This document shows, piece after piece, positions 32,546-42,784 of a DNA stretch of 64,000 bases. The notes under the pieces are model-generated. The model searched no databases and was not told where the DNA came from. It saw only the letters and a list, made by a program, of their open reading frames with translations. Both the position numbers and the translations under genes were made by a program. Origin of the DNA: an uncultured delta proteobacterium. Lineage in GTDB: Bacteria; Myxococcota; Myxococcia; Myxococcales; Anaeromyxobacteraceae. The stretch covers positions 128,001-192,000 of the forward strand of contig CAVYBH010000013.1 in assembly GCA_963766715.1 (NCBI GenBank), read 5' to 3'. The first letter of the stretch is position 1. Each line of letters opens with the position of its first letter.

Positions 32546-32959
32546 TCAGGCGCCCGAGGCGGGCGGCCGGGAGGCCTGTCGGGCCGCCAGCATCTCGCGG
32601 ATCCGCTCGATGAGCCGGTCCACGTCGAGGGGCTTCGTGAAGTAGTCGGCGGCGCCCGCCTCGCGGCCGGTCCGCTCGTCCTCGGGACTCTTCCGGGCGG
32701 TGATGAAGATGACCGGGATGTCGCCGAAGGTGGGATTCTTCTTGATGGCCCGGCAGAGCTCGAAGCCGTCGATCCAGCTCATCATGACGTCGAGCAGGAT
32801 GACGTCCGGCCGGTCGACGTGCATGGCGGAGATGAGCCGCAGGCCGTTGGCCGCCTGGGAGACGTCGAAGCCCTCGAGCTGCAGGGCGAGCGTCAGCATC
32901 TCGCGCGTGTCGCGGTCGTCGTCGACGATGGTGACCTTGGGCTTGCGCTCCGTCGTCAT
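32546..32959 (-). CDS. Single-domain response regulator (CheY-like)
   Basis: IVDDD, LLDVMM, FITAR, TKP receiver motifs. Confidence 0.92.
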   Translation of the reverse strand: MTTERKPKVTIVDDDRDTREMLTLALQLEGFDVSQAANGLRLISAMHVDRPDVILLDVMMSWIDGFELCRAIKKNPTFGDIPVIFITARKSPEDERTGREAGAADYFTKPLDVDRLIERIREMLAARQASRPPASGA

Positions 32960-33228
32960 GGGCCCTCTTCGCTCCCGCCGAGAGGACGCGCCTCGACCGA
33001 CCCGTCGTCGGCGCGCAGGAGCTGCTCCACGCGTCGCTCCGACTCGTCGAGCTTCTTGCCGGCCTCCCGGGCCAGCTTCACGCCCTCGGCGAAGGTCTCG
33101 ATGGACTGCTCCAGGGAGAGCTTGCCGCCCTCGAGCTCCTCGACCAGCTTCTCGAGCCGCTCCACGAGCTTGTCGTAGGGCTCGGGCGCGGTCTCCGTCG
33201 GGTTCTTCTTCTCTCGGCTCACGGCCAT
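32956..33228 (-). CDS. xseB: Exodeoxyribonuclease VII small subunit
   Basis: [28 protein letters not shown]. Confidence 0.92.
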   Translation of the reverse strand: MAVSREKKNPTETAPEPYDKLVERLEKLVEELEGGKLSLEQSIETFAEGVKLAREAGKKLDESERRVEQLLRADDGSVEARPLGGSEEGP

Positions 33229-33229
33229 A

Positions 33230-34648
33230 CTATGCCTCATCCCCCGGTGTGCGGCGCCCGGGAATCGGGTCGGGAAGGGCGTCCCTGGACTCGACCCGGG
33301 CGTCGATCCAGCCCTCGCCGAGGACCACCCGCAGCGCGGATCCCGGGGGCGCCTCCGCGCTCCGCCGGAGCAGGCGCCCGTCGGCCATGGCGAGGGCGAA
33401 GCCCCGCGAGAGGATCTTCGCGACGTTGGCCGGCTCGAGGCGCGCTCCCAGGGAGGCCAGCCGCATCGACTCGCGCCGGAAGGTGCCGGCGCTCCAGGCC
33501 CGCAGCCGCTCCATCGCGGCGTCGCGCCTCCTGCGCAGCTGCCGGAGCAGCTCGCGCGGCTCACGGCGCCGGAGGGCGTCCGCGCTCCGGACCACCCGGG
33601 CGCGCTCCTCGCGCAGGCGGGAGGCGAGCACACCCTCCCCCCGATGGACGAGGTCGTCGATCCTCCGGCGCTGGTCGGAGAGGATCCGGCGCGGGTCGGA
33701 GAGCTCCGCGCGCAGCGCCCGCAGGACGCGCCGGCGCTGCTCGACCGCGTTCGACTCGGCCCGGACCAGCCGCCCGCGGAGCGCCGCCAGGGAGGCGGCC
33801 AGGTCGTCGCGCACCGGGACCACCAGCTCGGCGGCGTGGGTCGGCGTGGCCGCGCGGACGTCGGCGACCAGGTCGGCCACCGTCACGTCGACCTCGTGCC
33901 CCACCGCGCTCACGACCGGCATCGGGCAGGCGGCGATGAACCGCGCCAGCCGCTCGTCGTTGAACTCCCAGAGGTCCTCGGCCGAGCCTCCGCCGCGCGT
34001 CACCACGGCCACGTCCACGCCGAAGTCGACGAGCACCCGCAAGGCGGAGATCACCGTCGCGGCGGCGCCCTCCCCCTGCACGCGGCAGCCGGCCACGAAG
34101 ACCTGGGCGCCCGGGAACCGGCCGTGGACCACCCGCAGGAAGTCCTGCAGGGCCGCTCCGGACGGGCTGGTCGCGACGCCGATGCGGACGGGCAGGAACG
34201 GGAGGGCGCGCTTGCGGTCCGGGTCGAAGAGCCCCTCGGCCGCGAGCCGGTCCTTGAGCTGCTGGAGCGCCAGCGCACGGGCCCCCTCGCCCCGGGGCTC
34301 GAGCTCCTGGACGACGAGCTGGTAGCGGCCCCGCGGCGCGTAGATCTCGATCCGTCCGCGCGCCACCACCTCGGCGCCGTCCCGGAGATCGAATCGGACC
34401 TTTCGCGCGGTGGAGGCCCAGAGCACGGCGTCCACGGCCGCCTCGGCGTCCTTCAGCGAGAAGTAGACGTGGCCGCTGGGCTGGCGACGGAGGTTTCCCA
34501 CCTCGCCCGCGACCCAGACGTCGCGGAAGGCCGGCTCGACCGCCGACTTGAGCCGGTTCGAGAGCTCCCCGACCGTGAGGACCCGGGGCTCCCGGGTCAG
34601 CGGCCTGTCGAACAGGCCCGGCATCGGAGGCGGTGGGGAACGCGGCAC
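33230..34648 (-). CDS. xseA: Exodeoxyribonuclease VII large subunit
   Basis: SGHVYFSLKD, VQGEGA, RGGGSAEDLWEFNDE, SAVGHEVD. Confidence 0.96.
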   Translation of the reverse strand: MPRSPPPPMPGLFDRPLTREPRVLTVGELSNRLKSAVEPAFRDVWVAGEVGNLRRQPSGHVYFSLKDAEAAVDAVLWASTARKVRFDLRDGAEVVARGRIEIYAPRGRYQLVVQELEPRGEGARALALQQLKDRLAAEGLFDPDRKRALPFLPVRIGVATSPSGAALQDFLRVVHGRFPGAQVFVAGCRVQGEGAAATVISALRVLVDFGVDVAVVTRGGGSAEDLWEFNDERLARFIAACPMPVVSAVGHEVDVTVADLVADVRAATPTHAAELVVPVRDDLAASLAALRGRLVRAESNAVEQRRRVLRALRAELSDPRRILSDQRRRIDDLVHRGEGVLASRLREERARVVRSADALRRREPRELLRQLRRRRDAAMERLRAWSAGTFRRESMRLASLGARLEPANVAKILSRGFALAMADGRLLRRSAEAPPGSALRVVLGEGWIDARVESRDALPDPIPGRRTPGDEA

Positions 34649-34679
34649 CGGATTCTCTTACCGCGCCGGAGGGCCGAGG

Positions 34680-35186
34680 TCACCGGCCCAGGCGGCGCAG
34701 CTGGGCAGGGGCGAGCATCCAGACCAGGCTGGCCCCCCCCGGGCGGGGGCGCGCGCCCAGATCGAGGAGGCAGGCCCCGCCCTTCTTCAGCTGGAGGAAG
34801 GGCACCCTGCGTCCCGCCAGCAGCCAGCTGGCCAGGCGGCCCAGCTGCGGCTCGTGGCCGACGAGCGCGACCAGCTCGAGCTTCGCGCGGGCCCGGAGCC
34901 ACGGCATCACCTCGGCCGGGTCGCCGGCCGGGAGGATGGCGTGGAGCTCCTCGGCCGCCTCCACCCCAAAGGCCCGGGCGACGTGATCGGCCGTCTGCAG
35001 GGCGCGGGCGAGCGGGCTCGAGGCGAGCGCCTGCGGCCGATCGACGAGCCGGGCCAGCCCCTTCGCGGCGGCTCGCGTCCGGGCCCGGCCATCGACCGTG
35101 AGCGGCCGCAGGAAGTCGTCCTTCCCGAGCGCCCGCCAGGCCTCACGGTCCCCGGCCGGTCCGTGCCGGATGAGCAGGAGCATCAT
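34680..35186 (-). CDS. sixA: SixA-like phosphohistidine phosphatase
   Basis: IRHG, RPLT, SSPLARALQTA, VGHEP, LKKGG. Confidence 0.9.
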   Translation of the reverse strand: MMLLLIRHGPAGDREAWRALGKDDFLRPLTVDGRARTRAAAKGLARLVDRPQALASSPLARALQTADHVARAFGVEAAEELHAILPAGDPAEVMPWLRARAKLELVALVGHEPQLGRLASWLLAGRRVPFLQLKKGGACLLDLGARPRPGGASLVWMLAPAQLRRLGR

Positions 35187-35971
35187 GTCCGCTTCCCCTT
35201 TCGCGCCTTCCGGTGCGCCCGGTTCCCGTGCGCCCGGAGACGGACGAGCCGGGCCAGCAGGTCGTCGACGTTCCCCTGCCCCGCGAGCCGCCACCTGGCG
35301 AGGCTGCGCCCCGGGCCCACCCGGACCCCCACCACCTCCGGGGCGCCGATCCGGAACGCGTCCTCGTCGGTCAGGTCGTCGCCCAGGAAGAGCGCCGTGT
35401 CGAGCCGCAGGCGGCGCAGGAGCCGGTGCACGGCGTCCCCCTTGTTGGGGAATTCGGCCGGGATGACGTTCAGGACCTTCTTGCCGGGCAGGAGCCTCGC
35501 GCCCGGCAGGGCCGCTCCGGCCTCCTGGACCGCCGCCTCGGCCCGGCGCCAGTTCCTGGCGAGGCCGTAGTGGATCGACAGGGTCGAGCCCTTGTGCTCG
35601 AGGTGCCAGCCGGGCACGCCGTCCAGGCGCCGGTGGATCTCGGCTTCCCACGCGGCCACGCGGGCCAGGACGGCCTTCCCCACCGGGATCGGACGCCCGA
35701 GCTCGAAGCCGTGGTTCCCGACCCGGACGACCCCCGACGTGGGGACCCGTCGATCCAGGTCCCGGTACGCCCGGCCGGAGATCACCGCGACCGGGTAGCG
35801 GCGCGTCACCTCGGCGAGCAAGCGGCGGGTCCCGGGGCGCATGGCCCGGCCGTCCGGGGCGGTCACGAGCGGGGCGAGCACGCCGTCGTAGTCGAAGGCG
35901 AGCAGGAGCCGGGAACCGGCCAGCTGCTCGAGGAGCGGGGCGCGTGCCGGAGCAAGGAAGTCGTTGCGCAT
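35183..35971 (-). CDS. otsB: Trehalose-6-phosphate phosphatase
   Basis: FDYDGVL, ISGR, GNHG, EHKG..LSIHY, NKG, GDDLTDEDAF. Confidence 0.9.
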   Translation of the reverse strand: MRNDFLAPARAPLLEQLAGSRLLLAFDYDGVLAPLVTAPDGRAMRPGTRRLLAEVTRRYPVAVISGRAYRDLDRRVPTSGVVRVGNHGFELGRPIPVGKAVLARVAAWEAEIHRRLDGVPGWHLEHKGSTLSIHYGLARNWRRAEAAVQEAGAALPGARLLPGKKVLNVIPAEFPNKGDAVHRLLRRLRLDTALFLGDDLTDEDAFRIGAPEVVGVRVGPGRSLARWRLAGQGNVDDLLARLVRLRAHGNRAHRKARKGKRT

Positions 35972-35997
35972 CTCGGGTGAGCGTACAATCGCCGCGC

Positions 35998-36957
35998 TTG
36001 GCACGCATCCTCATCGTGGACGGGGACCCCGCTTCCCGCGAACCGCTCGAGCGGGCCTTCGAGGACGAGGGGCTCGAGGTGCTCTCGGCCGCCGACGCCG
36101 AGGGAGCCTGGGAGGCGTTCGCGACCTTCGGCCCACGGGCCGCGGTGCTGGGGAGGCGGCTCCCCCGCCACGCCGTCGAGGAGCTCGCCTCGCGCATGCA
36201 GGAGGCCGACCCGGAGCTGCTCGTCCTGGGCGCCACCGAGCCCTGGGGCGACCTGGCCCGCCGCCTCCGCATCCGGCTCGGCGCGCCCGCACCTCGCTCC
36301 GTCCCGTCGGCCGTCCCGGAGGCCACCCCGGGCACCACCCGCGTGCTGCGCCGCCTGCCGCTCGAGTCCGGCGAGCTCGAGTTCGGCGCGCTCCCGGATC
36401 TCCTGGTCCGGCTCTGGCGGACGGCCGCCGACGGGATCGTGGCGGTCGATCACCCGGGCGGTTCCGACCTCGTCTTCCTGCTCCGGGGCGCCCCGGTCGG
36501 CGTCCAGCTCGCCGGCGAGCGGAGCGCCGTCGACGTCGCGGGGGCGCTCGCGTCCCTCTGCGGGCGCGGCGCCCGCACCTACGCCTACCACCCCGGCGCC
36601 GACTTCGCGCTCGAGGTCCGGGGCGCGCCGGTCCCGGCGCTGGCGCCGCTGCTGGAGGGGCTCCGGCTGGCCGCCGACGAGCCCTCCTACGCGGCGGCCC
36701 TGGCCGGCTTCGAGGACGTGGTGCCGGTGCGCTCGGGGGCCTTCGCCTCGCTCGCGCGCGACCTCGCGCCGGCGGGCGACGACGCCCGCGCCGTGGCAGC
36801 CCTCGGCGGGGGCCTCCCGCTCCGGTCCCTGCTCGACGGCCCGGGGCGCCCTGCGTCGCTCCTCTGGTTCCTGATCCGTTCGGGCGCGCTGCTCCTCGAG
36901 CACGCCGAGCCGGACCGCGCGGCGCCGGCCGCCGAGGATTCCCGGCGCGGCCGCTAG
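35998..36957 (+). CDS. Atypical (pseudo-)receiver domain protein with DUF4388-like region
   Basis: RILIVDGD N-terminus with no phosphoacceptor Asp; GELEFGALPDLL...GIV...VFLLRGAPV. Confidence 0.6.
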   Translation: MARILIVDGDPASREPLERAFEDEGLEVLSAADAEGAWEAFATFGPRAAVLGRRLPRHAVEELASRMQEADPELLVLGATEPWGDLARRLRIRLGAPAPRSVPSAVPEATPGTTRVLRRLPLESGELEFGALPDLLVRLWRTAADGIVAVDHPGGSDLVFLLRGAPVGVQLAGERSAVDVAGALASLCGRGARTYAYHPGADFALEVRGAPVPALAPLLEGLRLAADEPSYAAALAGFEDVVPVRSGAFASLARDLAPAGDDARAVAALGGGLPLRSLLDGPGRPASLLWFLIRSGALLLEHAEPDRAAPAAEDSRRGR

Positions 36958-36964
36958 CGGCGCG

Positions 36965-37928
36965 CTACGGACGCGGCGCCGGAACGGCGCTCGCCAGCGT
37001 GCTGCGGACGACGTCGGCGAGCGCGCCCATGAACTCGGGGTGTACGCCGACCGCGGCGGCCCGGTGGTACTCGAGCGCCCCTCCCTTGCGGGCCGCGTCG
37101 GCGGCCAGGATGTCCATGTCGTAGAGCGTCTCCAGGTGCTCGGAGACGAAGGCGATCGGGTGGGTGACCACGGCGCGGCCCCGCGCGTTCTTCTCGAGCC
37201 ACTCGCTCGTGTCCGGGCCGAGCCACTTCGCCGGCCCGACCTTGCTCTGGAAGGTGACCTGGTACTCCGTGACCCCCGCCCGCTCCGCCGTCCCGCGGGC
37301 GCTGGCCGCGATCTCCTCCGGGTACGGATCGCCCTTGCGCACCTGGCTCATGGGGAGCCCGTGCGCGCTGAAGACCACGAGCAGCCGGTCCCGGTTCTCC
37401 GGGCTCACCCGGGCGATGGCCTCGCGGAGCGTGGCCGCCGAGGCCTCCAGGTAGCGCGGGTGGTCGGGGTAGCTGCAGATCTCGAAGAGGGGCATCTCCC
37501 GCGGCCAGAGCCGGCGCATCTCGCGGAGCGAGCTGGTCGTCGTGGCGTTCGCGAACTGGGGATACAGGGGCAGCGACACCGCCTGCTCGGCCCCGGCCGC
37601 CAGCGCCTCCCGGATCCCCTCCCCGGTGCTCGGGTGCCCGCAGCGCATGGCCAGGTGGACGGTGAAGTCCGGCGCCCAGCTCCGCCTGCAGCGCCCGCGC
37701 CTGGGCCTCGGTGCCCTCCACGAGCGGCGAGCGCCCGCCGATGAGCTGGTACTTCTCGGCCGAGGACGGCGCGCGGAAGTGGCTGATGAGCCGGGCCATG
37801 AGCGGCCGGAAGGGCCCGAACGGCGCCGTGATGACGAGCGGGTCGCTGAAGAGGTCGTGGAGGTAGGGCTTCACCTCCGCGAGCGACCGGGGGCCGCCCA
37901 GGTTCATGAGGAAGACGGCGGTCTTCAT
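36965..37928 (-). CDS. hemH: Ferrochelatase (apparent frameshift near 37670)
   Basis: MNLGGP, LPLYPQF, FSAHGLP, QSKVGP..WLGP, FVSEHLETLYDMD. Confidence 0.94.
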
Positions 37929-37941
37929 GCGGGCCCCGACG

Positions 37942-39324
37942 CTAGACGGTGCGGGAGAAGGTCTGCTTCTTGTCCTGGGCGCGCCGCGGCAGGTAGGCGT
38001 CGAACATCATCGCCACGTTGCGGACGAGGAGCTGGCCGACCGGGGTGACCCGGAGCACGTCGCCGTCGAAGGTGACGAGCCCGTCGGAGACGAGCTCGGG
38101 GAGGCCCGCCTTCATGGAGTCCTCGATCTCGGCGCGGGCCTTCGGCCCGAACTTCTCGGCCACCTCGCGCAGGTCGAGCCGGAGCAGGCACATGACCCGG
38201 TTGATCACGTGACGCCGCATGACGTCGTCCTCGGAGACCGAGGCGCCCTTCATCACGGGCAGGATCCCGGCCTCCACCATCTCGCCCCAGTCCTTCAGGC
38301 GATGGGCGTTCTGGGCGTAGGCCCCGCCCAGGTCGGAGATGGAGCTCATGCCGAAGGCGATGGTGTCGTCGGCCGGACGGACCGTGTAGCCCTGGAAGTT
38401 CCGGGTCAGCGTGCCGGCGTCCTGGGCCCGGGCCATCTCGTCCGACTCGAGCGCGAAGTGGTCGAGCCCGATGAGGCGGAAGCCCGAGCGGGTGAAGGTG
38501 TCGACCGCGTCGAAGAAGAGCGCCACCCGCTCGGAGGTCTTGGGGAGCGCCTGCTCGGGCAGGAGCCGCTGGTGCGGCTTCACCCAGGGGACGAAGGCGA
38601 AGCCGAACACCGCCAGGCGGTCGGGGTGGATGGCGAGGATCCGCTCGAGCGTCCGCTTCCAGGTCTCCGGCGTCTGGTAGGGCAGCCCGTAGATCAGGTC
38701 GAGGTTGACGCCCTTGAAGCCGTTGTCGCGGGCGGCCTGGACCAGGTCGGCGGTGTCCTTCTCGGTCTGGATGCGCCCCACCGTCTCCTGCACCTTGGGG
38801 TCGAAGTCCTGGACGCCCATGGAGATGCGGTTGAAGCCCAGTTCGGCGAGCAGGTCGATCTGCGACCGCTTGGTGATGGCCGGGTCGATCTCGATGGCCT
38901 TCTCGCCGTCGCGCGCGAACTCGAAGTGGCGGGTGATGATCTCGTGGCAGCGGGTGAGCTGCTTCTCGTCGAGGAAGGTCGGCGTGCCCCCGCCCCAGTG
39001 GAGCTGCGAGAAGGTGCGCCGGTTGGGCAGGTGCTTCGCCACCAGCGCGACCTCCTTCTCGAGGACGTCGAGGTAGGCGTCGGCGCGGGTGCGGTCGTGG
39101 GTGGCCACCACGTTGCAGCCGCAGAAGCGGCACATCTCCCGGCAGAACGGGAGGTGGACGTAGATGGAGAGCGGGCCCTTCTGGGCGTCGGCGCGGGCCA
39201 GGTGCCCTGCGAACTGGGCCGGGCCGAGCGCGTCGGTCCACTCCGGCGCCGTGGGGTAGCTCGTGTACCGGGGACCGGGCCGGTCGTACTTCTGGATGAG
39301 TTCGGGAGGCGGGATGGAGGTCAC
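37942..39324 (-). CDS. hemN: Oxygen-independent coproporphyrinogen III oxidase
   Basis: PRYTSYPTA, YVHLPFCREMCRFCGC, WGGGTPT, GLDHFA, RNFQGY. Confidence 0.96.
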   Translation of the reverse strand: MTSIPPPELIQKYDRPGPRYTSYPTAPEWTDALGPAQFAGHLARADAQKGPLSIYVHLPFCREMCRFCGCNVVATHDRTRADAYLDVLEKEVALVAKHLPNRRTFSQLHWGGGTPTFLDEKQLTRCHEIITRHFEFARDGEKAIEIDPAITKRSQIDLLAELGFNRISMGVQDFDPKVQETVGRIQTEKDTADLVQAARDNGFKGVNLDLIYGLPYQTPETWKRTLERILAIHPDRLAVFGFAFVPWVKPHQRLLPEQALPKTSERVALFFDAVDTFTRSGFRLIGLDHFALESDEMARAQDAGTLTRNFQGYTVRPADDTIAFGMSSISDLGGAYAQNAHRLKDWGEMVEAGILPVMKGASVSEDDVMRRHVINRVMCLLRLDLREVAEKFGPKARAEIEDSMKAGLPELVSDGLVTFDGDVLRVTPVGQLLVRNVAMMFDAYLPRRAQDKKQTFSRTV

Positions 39325-39327
39325 GGC

Positions 39328-40396
39328 TCACCCACGGGGCACGGGGAAGGCGTGGACTGCGTCGACCACCGCCTTCACGTTCTCCGGCGGGGTGGGCGGG
39401 GTGATTCCGTGCCCGAGGTTGAAGATGTAACCGGGACGCCGGCTCCCCTCTTCCAGGAGTGCGCGGGTCCGCTCCAGGAGGAGCTTCTGGGGCCCGAGCA
39501 GGAGGATGGAGTCGAGGTTCCCCTGGATGGCGAGGTCCGGGGCCTGGGCGCGCGCCTCGCCGATGGGAATCCGCCAGTCGACGGAGAGCACGTCGTAGCC
39601 CGAGCTTCGACATCGGGCCGATGTGGGTGCTCGTGGTGGTGGAGAAGAGGATGCTGGGCACGCCCAGCGGGCGGACCGCCTCGGCGATGCGGGCCAGGTA
39701 GGGGAAGACGTAGGCCTCGAGGTCCTCCCGCCCCAGCTCGCCGAGCCAGCTCTCGAAGATCTGGACGGCCTGGGCGCCGGCCTCGACCTGGGCCTGGAGC
39801 TGCACGATGGCGGCCTGGGTGAGCTTCTCGAAGAGGGCGTGGGCGGCGGCGGGGTCGGTGTAGAGGAGCGTCTTCAGGCGGGTGAAGCCCTGGCTCCCCC
39901 CCTCGACCGCGTAGCTCGCCACCGTGAAGGGGCCGCCCACGAAGCCGATGAGCGGGACCCGGCCGGCCAGCGTCCGCTGGATGGCCCGGATGCCCGCCGC
40001 GACGTAGGGAAGGTCGCGCGCCGGGTCGGGAATCTTGAGCGCGTCGACGTCGGCGCGGGTGCGCACCGGGTTCGCGATCTTGGGCCCGCCGTCTCCCTTG
40101 CCCTTCTCCCCCTTCTCGAAGGAGAGGTCGAGCCCCATGGCCGGAAGGTGGATGAGGATGTCGGAGAAGAGGATCGCCGCGTCGAAGCCGAACTCGTCGA
40201 TGGGCGACGCCGTGACCTGGGCGATGAGCTCGGGCGAGTGGCAGAGCTCGAGGAAGCCCACCTTCTGGCGCACCGCGCGGTAGGTGGGCTGGTAGCGGCC
40301 GGCCTGGCGCATCATCCACACGGGGATGCGGTCGACGGGCAGCTTTCGGCAGGCTCGAAGGAAGCGGGAGGTCGGCTCGTTCTGGTTCGGGCTCAT
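39328..40396 (-). CDS. hemE: Uroporphyrinogen decarboxylase (apparent frameshift near 39600)
   Basis: WMMRQAGRY, AAILFSDIL, QIFESW, QGNLD, IFNLGHGI. Confidence 0.96.
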
Positions 40397-40446
40397 CGGG
40401 CGGGGTTCATAACATGGCGCCCCTGGAGGGGGCCAGCCGCGCGGTG

Positions 40447-40734
40447 CTAGCCGGCCAGGGCCGCCCGGACGGCCGCCGCCCCGGGTCCGGAGACCCGGAC
40501 GGTCTTTCTCCGCCCCGTGTCTCCGCGCTCGATGACCACGTCGGCCTTCCGGACGCCGAGCGCCCCGGCCAGGAAGGCCACCAGCGCCTGGTTGGCCTCG
40601 CCGTCCACCGGCGGAGCCGCCAGCTGGATCTTGAGGCGGCCGTCGTGCTCGCCGACCACCCGCGTCCGGGAGGCGCGAGGCTGCACCAGGATCTCCAGGA
40701 CGACCGCGCCCGGGACCTCGCGCAGCCAGGGCAT
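40447..40734 (-). CDS. DUF167 (YggU-like) protein
   Basis: [22 protein letters not shown]. Confidence 0.88.
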   Translation of the reverse strand: MPWLREVPGAVVLEILVQPRASRTRVVGEHDGRLKIQLAAPPVDGEANQALVAFLAGALGVRKADVVIERGDTGRRKTVRVSGPGAAAVRAALAG

Positions 40735-41538
40735 CAGCGGATCCCGACCAGCGCGATCTTCGCCTTGTCGGCGCGCCGGACCATCTCGTCGAGGTCCATC
40801 ACGAGGGTGGTCCCGGCCTCGACGGCGAGCACCTGGCAGCCGGACTCGCGCATCGAGTCGACGGTGTCCGGACCGACGGCGGGCAGGTCGAAGCGGCGGT
40901 CCTGCTGCGGCTTCACGGCCTTCACCACGACGGCGCCTTCCTTGGCCAGCTCCCCGCCGCGCCGGATGCAGGCGTCGGTGCCCTCCAGCGCCTCGACGGC
41001 CACCGCCATGCGGTCCTTGACCACCACCGTCTGCCCCAGGTCGAGCCTTCCGATGGCCCGGGCCAGCTCGAGCCCGTAGCGGGCGTCGGCCCACTGCGTC
41101 CTCGGTGGGCTCGCGCTTGCCCATCACGCCCTCGCGGGCGAGCCGGTCCTGCAGGAAGCGGGTGGGGTCGGTCACCGGCAGCCCGCGCTCCTCCGCGGCG
41201 CTGGCGATGGCCCGGAGGACGTTGTCGTCGGTCTTCACGGCCAGCCGCGCCAGGATCTGCATGCCGAGCCCGTCCAGCCAGGCGTCGCGGAAGAACCGGG
41301 CCTTGGCGATCGACCCCAGCATCACCACCTCGGTGCAGCCCGCCGCCTTGAACGTCTCGAGCACCTTTCCGAACTGGCCGAGCTTCACCCAGGTGCAGGC
41401 GTCGACGAGCTTCTCGAGCGCCGGATCGGTCTGGTTCACGTGCGCCGCCGCCACCACGCGGTGACCGGCGCGGCGGGCGCTCTCGGCGAGGAGCAGCGGG
41501 AACCTTCCACCGCCGGCGATGAGGCCGATGGTGGCCAT
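40734..41538 (-). CDS. lpxI: UDP-2,3-diacylglucosamine diphosphatase LpxI (apparent frameshift near 41097)
   Basis: [39 protein letters not shown]; directly after lpxA. Confidence 0.92.
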
Positions 41539-41540
41539 CG

Positions 41541-42314
41541 CTAGCGGAGGATCCCCCGCTCCGAGGCCTCGACGAACTTCACCCAGTGATCGATCTCGGG
41601 GTGCCCGCCCATCTCGGAGCGGATCTGGTCGAGCGCCTCCTTGAGGGGAAGCTTGGACCGGAAGAAGATCTTGTAGGCGCTCTTCACCCGCGCGATCTGC
41701 TCCTCGGTGAAGCCGGCCCGCTGCAGGCCGACCAGGTTGATGCCCACGACCTCGGCCCGGGCTCCCGCGACCATGAGGTAGGGCGCCACGTCCATCATCA
41801 CGCCGGTGATCCCGCCGACGTAGGCGAGCCGCCCGATGCGGGAGAACTGCTGCACCGCCGACACGCCGCCGAAGATGACGCCGTCCTCCGCCTCGACGTG
41901 GCCGGCCAGCGCGCAGAAGGTGGCCACGATGACCCGGTTGCCGAGCAGGCAGTCGTGGGCCACGTGGGCCGACGCCATGATGAGGCACTGGTTGGCCAGC
42001 CGGGTCACGCCGCCGCCCCCCACCGTCCCGGTGTGGATCGAGGCGAACTCGCGGACCACGTTGCCGTCGCCCATCTCGAGCAGCGTGTCCTCTCCCTTGT
42101 ACTTGAGGTCCTGCGGCGGCGCGCCCACCACGGCGTGGGCGAAGATGCGGTTGCCGGTGCCGAGCGTGGTCTTGCCCTCCACCACCGCGTGGGCTCCGAC
42201 CACGTTTCCGGGGCCCATGCGCACCTTGGGCCCGATCACCGCGTAGGGGCCGATCTCGCAGGTCGGATCGATCTCCGCGCCCGGCGCGACGATGGCCGTG
42301 GAGTGGATGGCCAC
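41541..42314 (-). CDS. lpxA: UDP-N-acetylglucosamine acyltransferase
   Basis: Hexapeptide repeats, PQDLKY, HVAHDC, LAGHV. Confidence 0.96.
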   Translation of the reverse strand: MAIHSTAIVAPGAEIDPTCEIGPYAVIGPKVRMGPGNVVGAHAVVEGKTTLGTGNRIFAHAVVGAPPQDLKYKGEDTLLEMGDGNVVREFASIHTGTVGGGGVTRLANQCLIMASAHVAHDCLLGNRVIVATFCALAGHVEAEDGVIFGGVSAVQQFSRIGRLAYVGGITGVMMDVAPYLMVAGARAEVVGINLVGLQRAGFTEEQIARVKSAYKIFFRSKLPLKEALDQIRSEMGGHPEIDHWVKFVEASERGILR

Positions 42315-42316
42315 GA

Positions 42317-42784
42317 TCAGCCTTCCTTCTTCCTGTCGACCAGGATGGCCATGAACTCGGCCTCGGCGACCGTCTCGCCGTCGACCTTGGCGACGCCCTT
42401 CTCCTTCCAGATGTCGCCCTTGCGCTTCACCACCTCGACGTGGAGCTCGATCCGGTCGCCGGGGACCACCGGCTTGCGGAAGCGGGCGTTGTCGATGGCC
42501 ATGAGGTAGGTGACCTTGTCGCCGGTCTCCTCGAGCATGGAACCCTTGGCGAGGAGGCCGGCGGCCTGGGCCAGCGCCTCCAGGATGAGGACGCCCGGCA
42601 TGACCGGATGACCCGGGAAGTGCCCCGCGAAGAAGGGCTCGTTCACCGTCACGCACTTCACGGCCACGAGCTTCTTCATCGGCTCCAGCGAGAGCACGCG
42701 ATCGACCAGCAGGAACGGGTAGCGGTGCGGGAGGATCTTCTCGATGGCGTTCACGTCCATCACGATTCCTGGCTTGTCGCTCAT
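42317..42784 (-). CDS. fabZ: 3-hydroxyacyl-ACP dehydratase
   Basis: [34 protein letters not shown]. Confidence 0.97.
   Translation of the reverse strand: MSDKPGIVMDVNAIEKILPHRYPFLLVDRVLSLEPMKKLVAVKCVTVNEPFFAGHFPGHPVMPGVLILEALAQAAGLLAKGSMLEETGDKVTYLMAIDNARFRKPVVPGDRIELHVEVVKRKGDIWKEKGVAKVDGETVAEAEFMAILVDRKKEG

Noticed and set aside
28656..32645. Very long antisense or alternate-frame ORFs (e.g. 28656..32645 +, 21612..24545 +, 4153..6702 -, 51017..53965 +)
   Set aside because: Shadow ORFs expected from high GC3 opposite real genes; no recognisable motifs.
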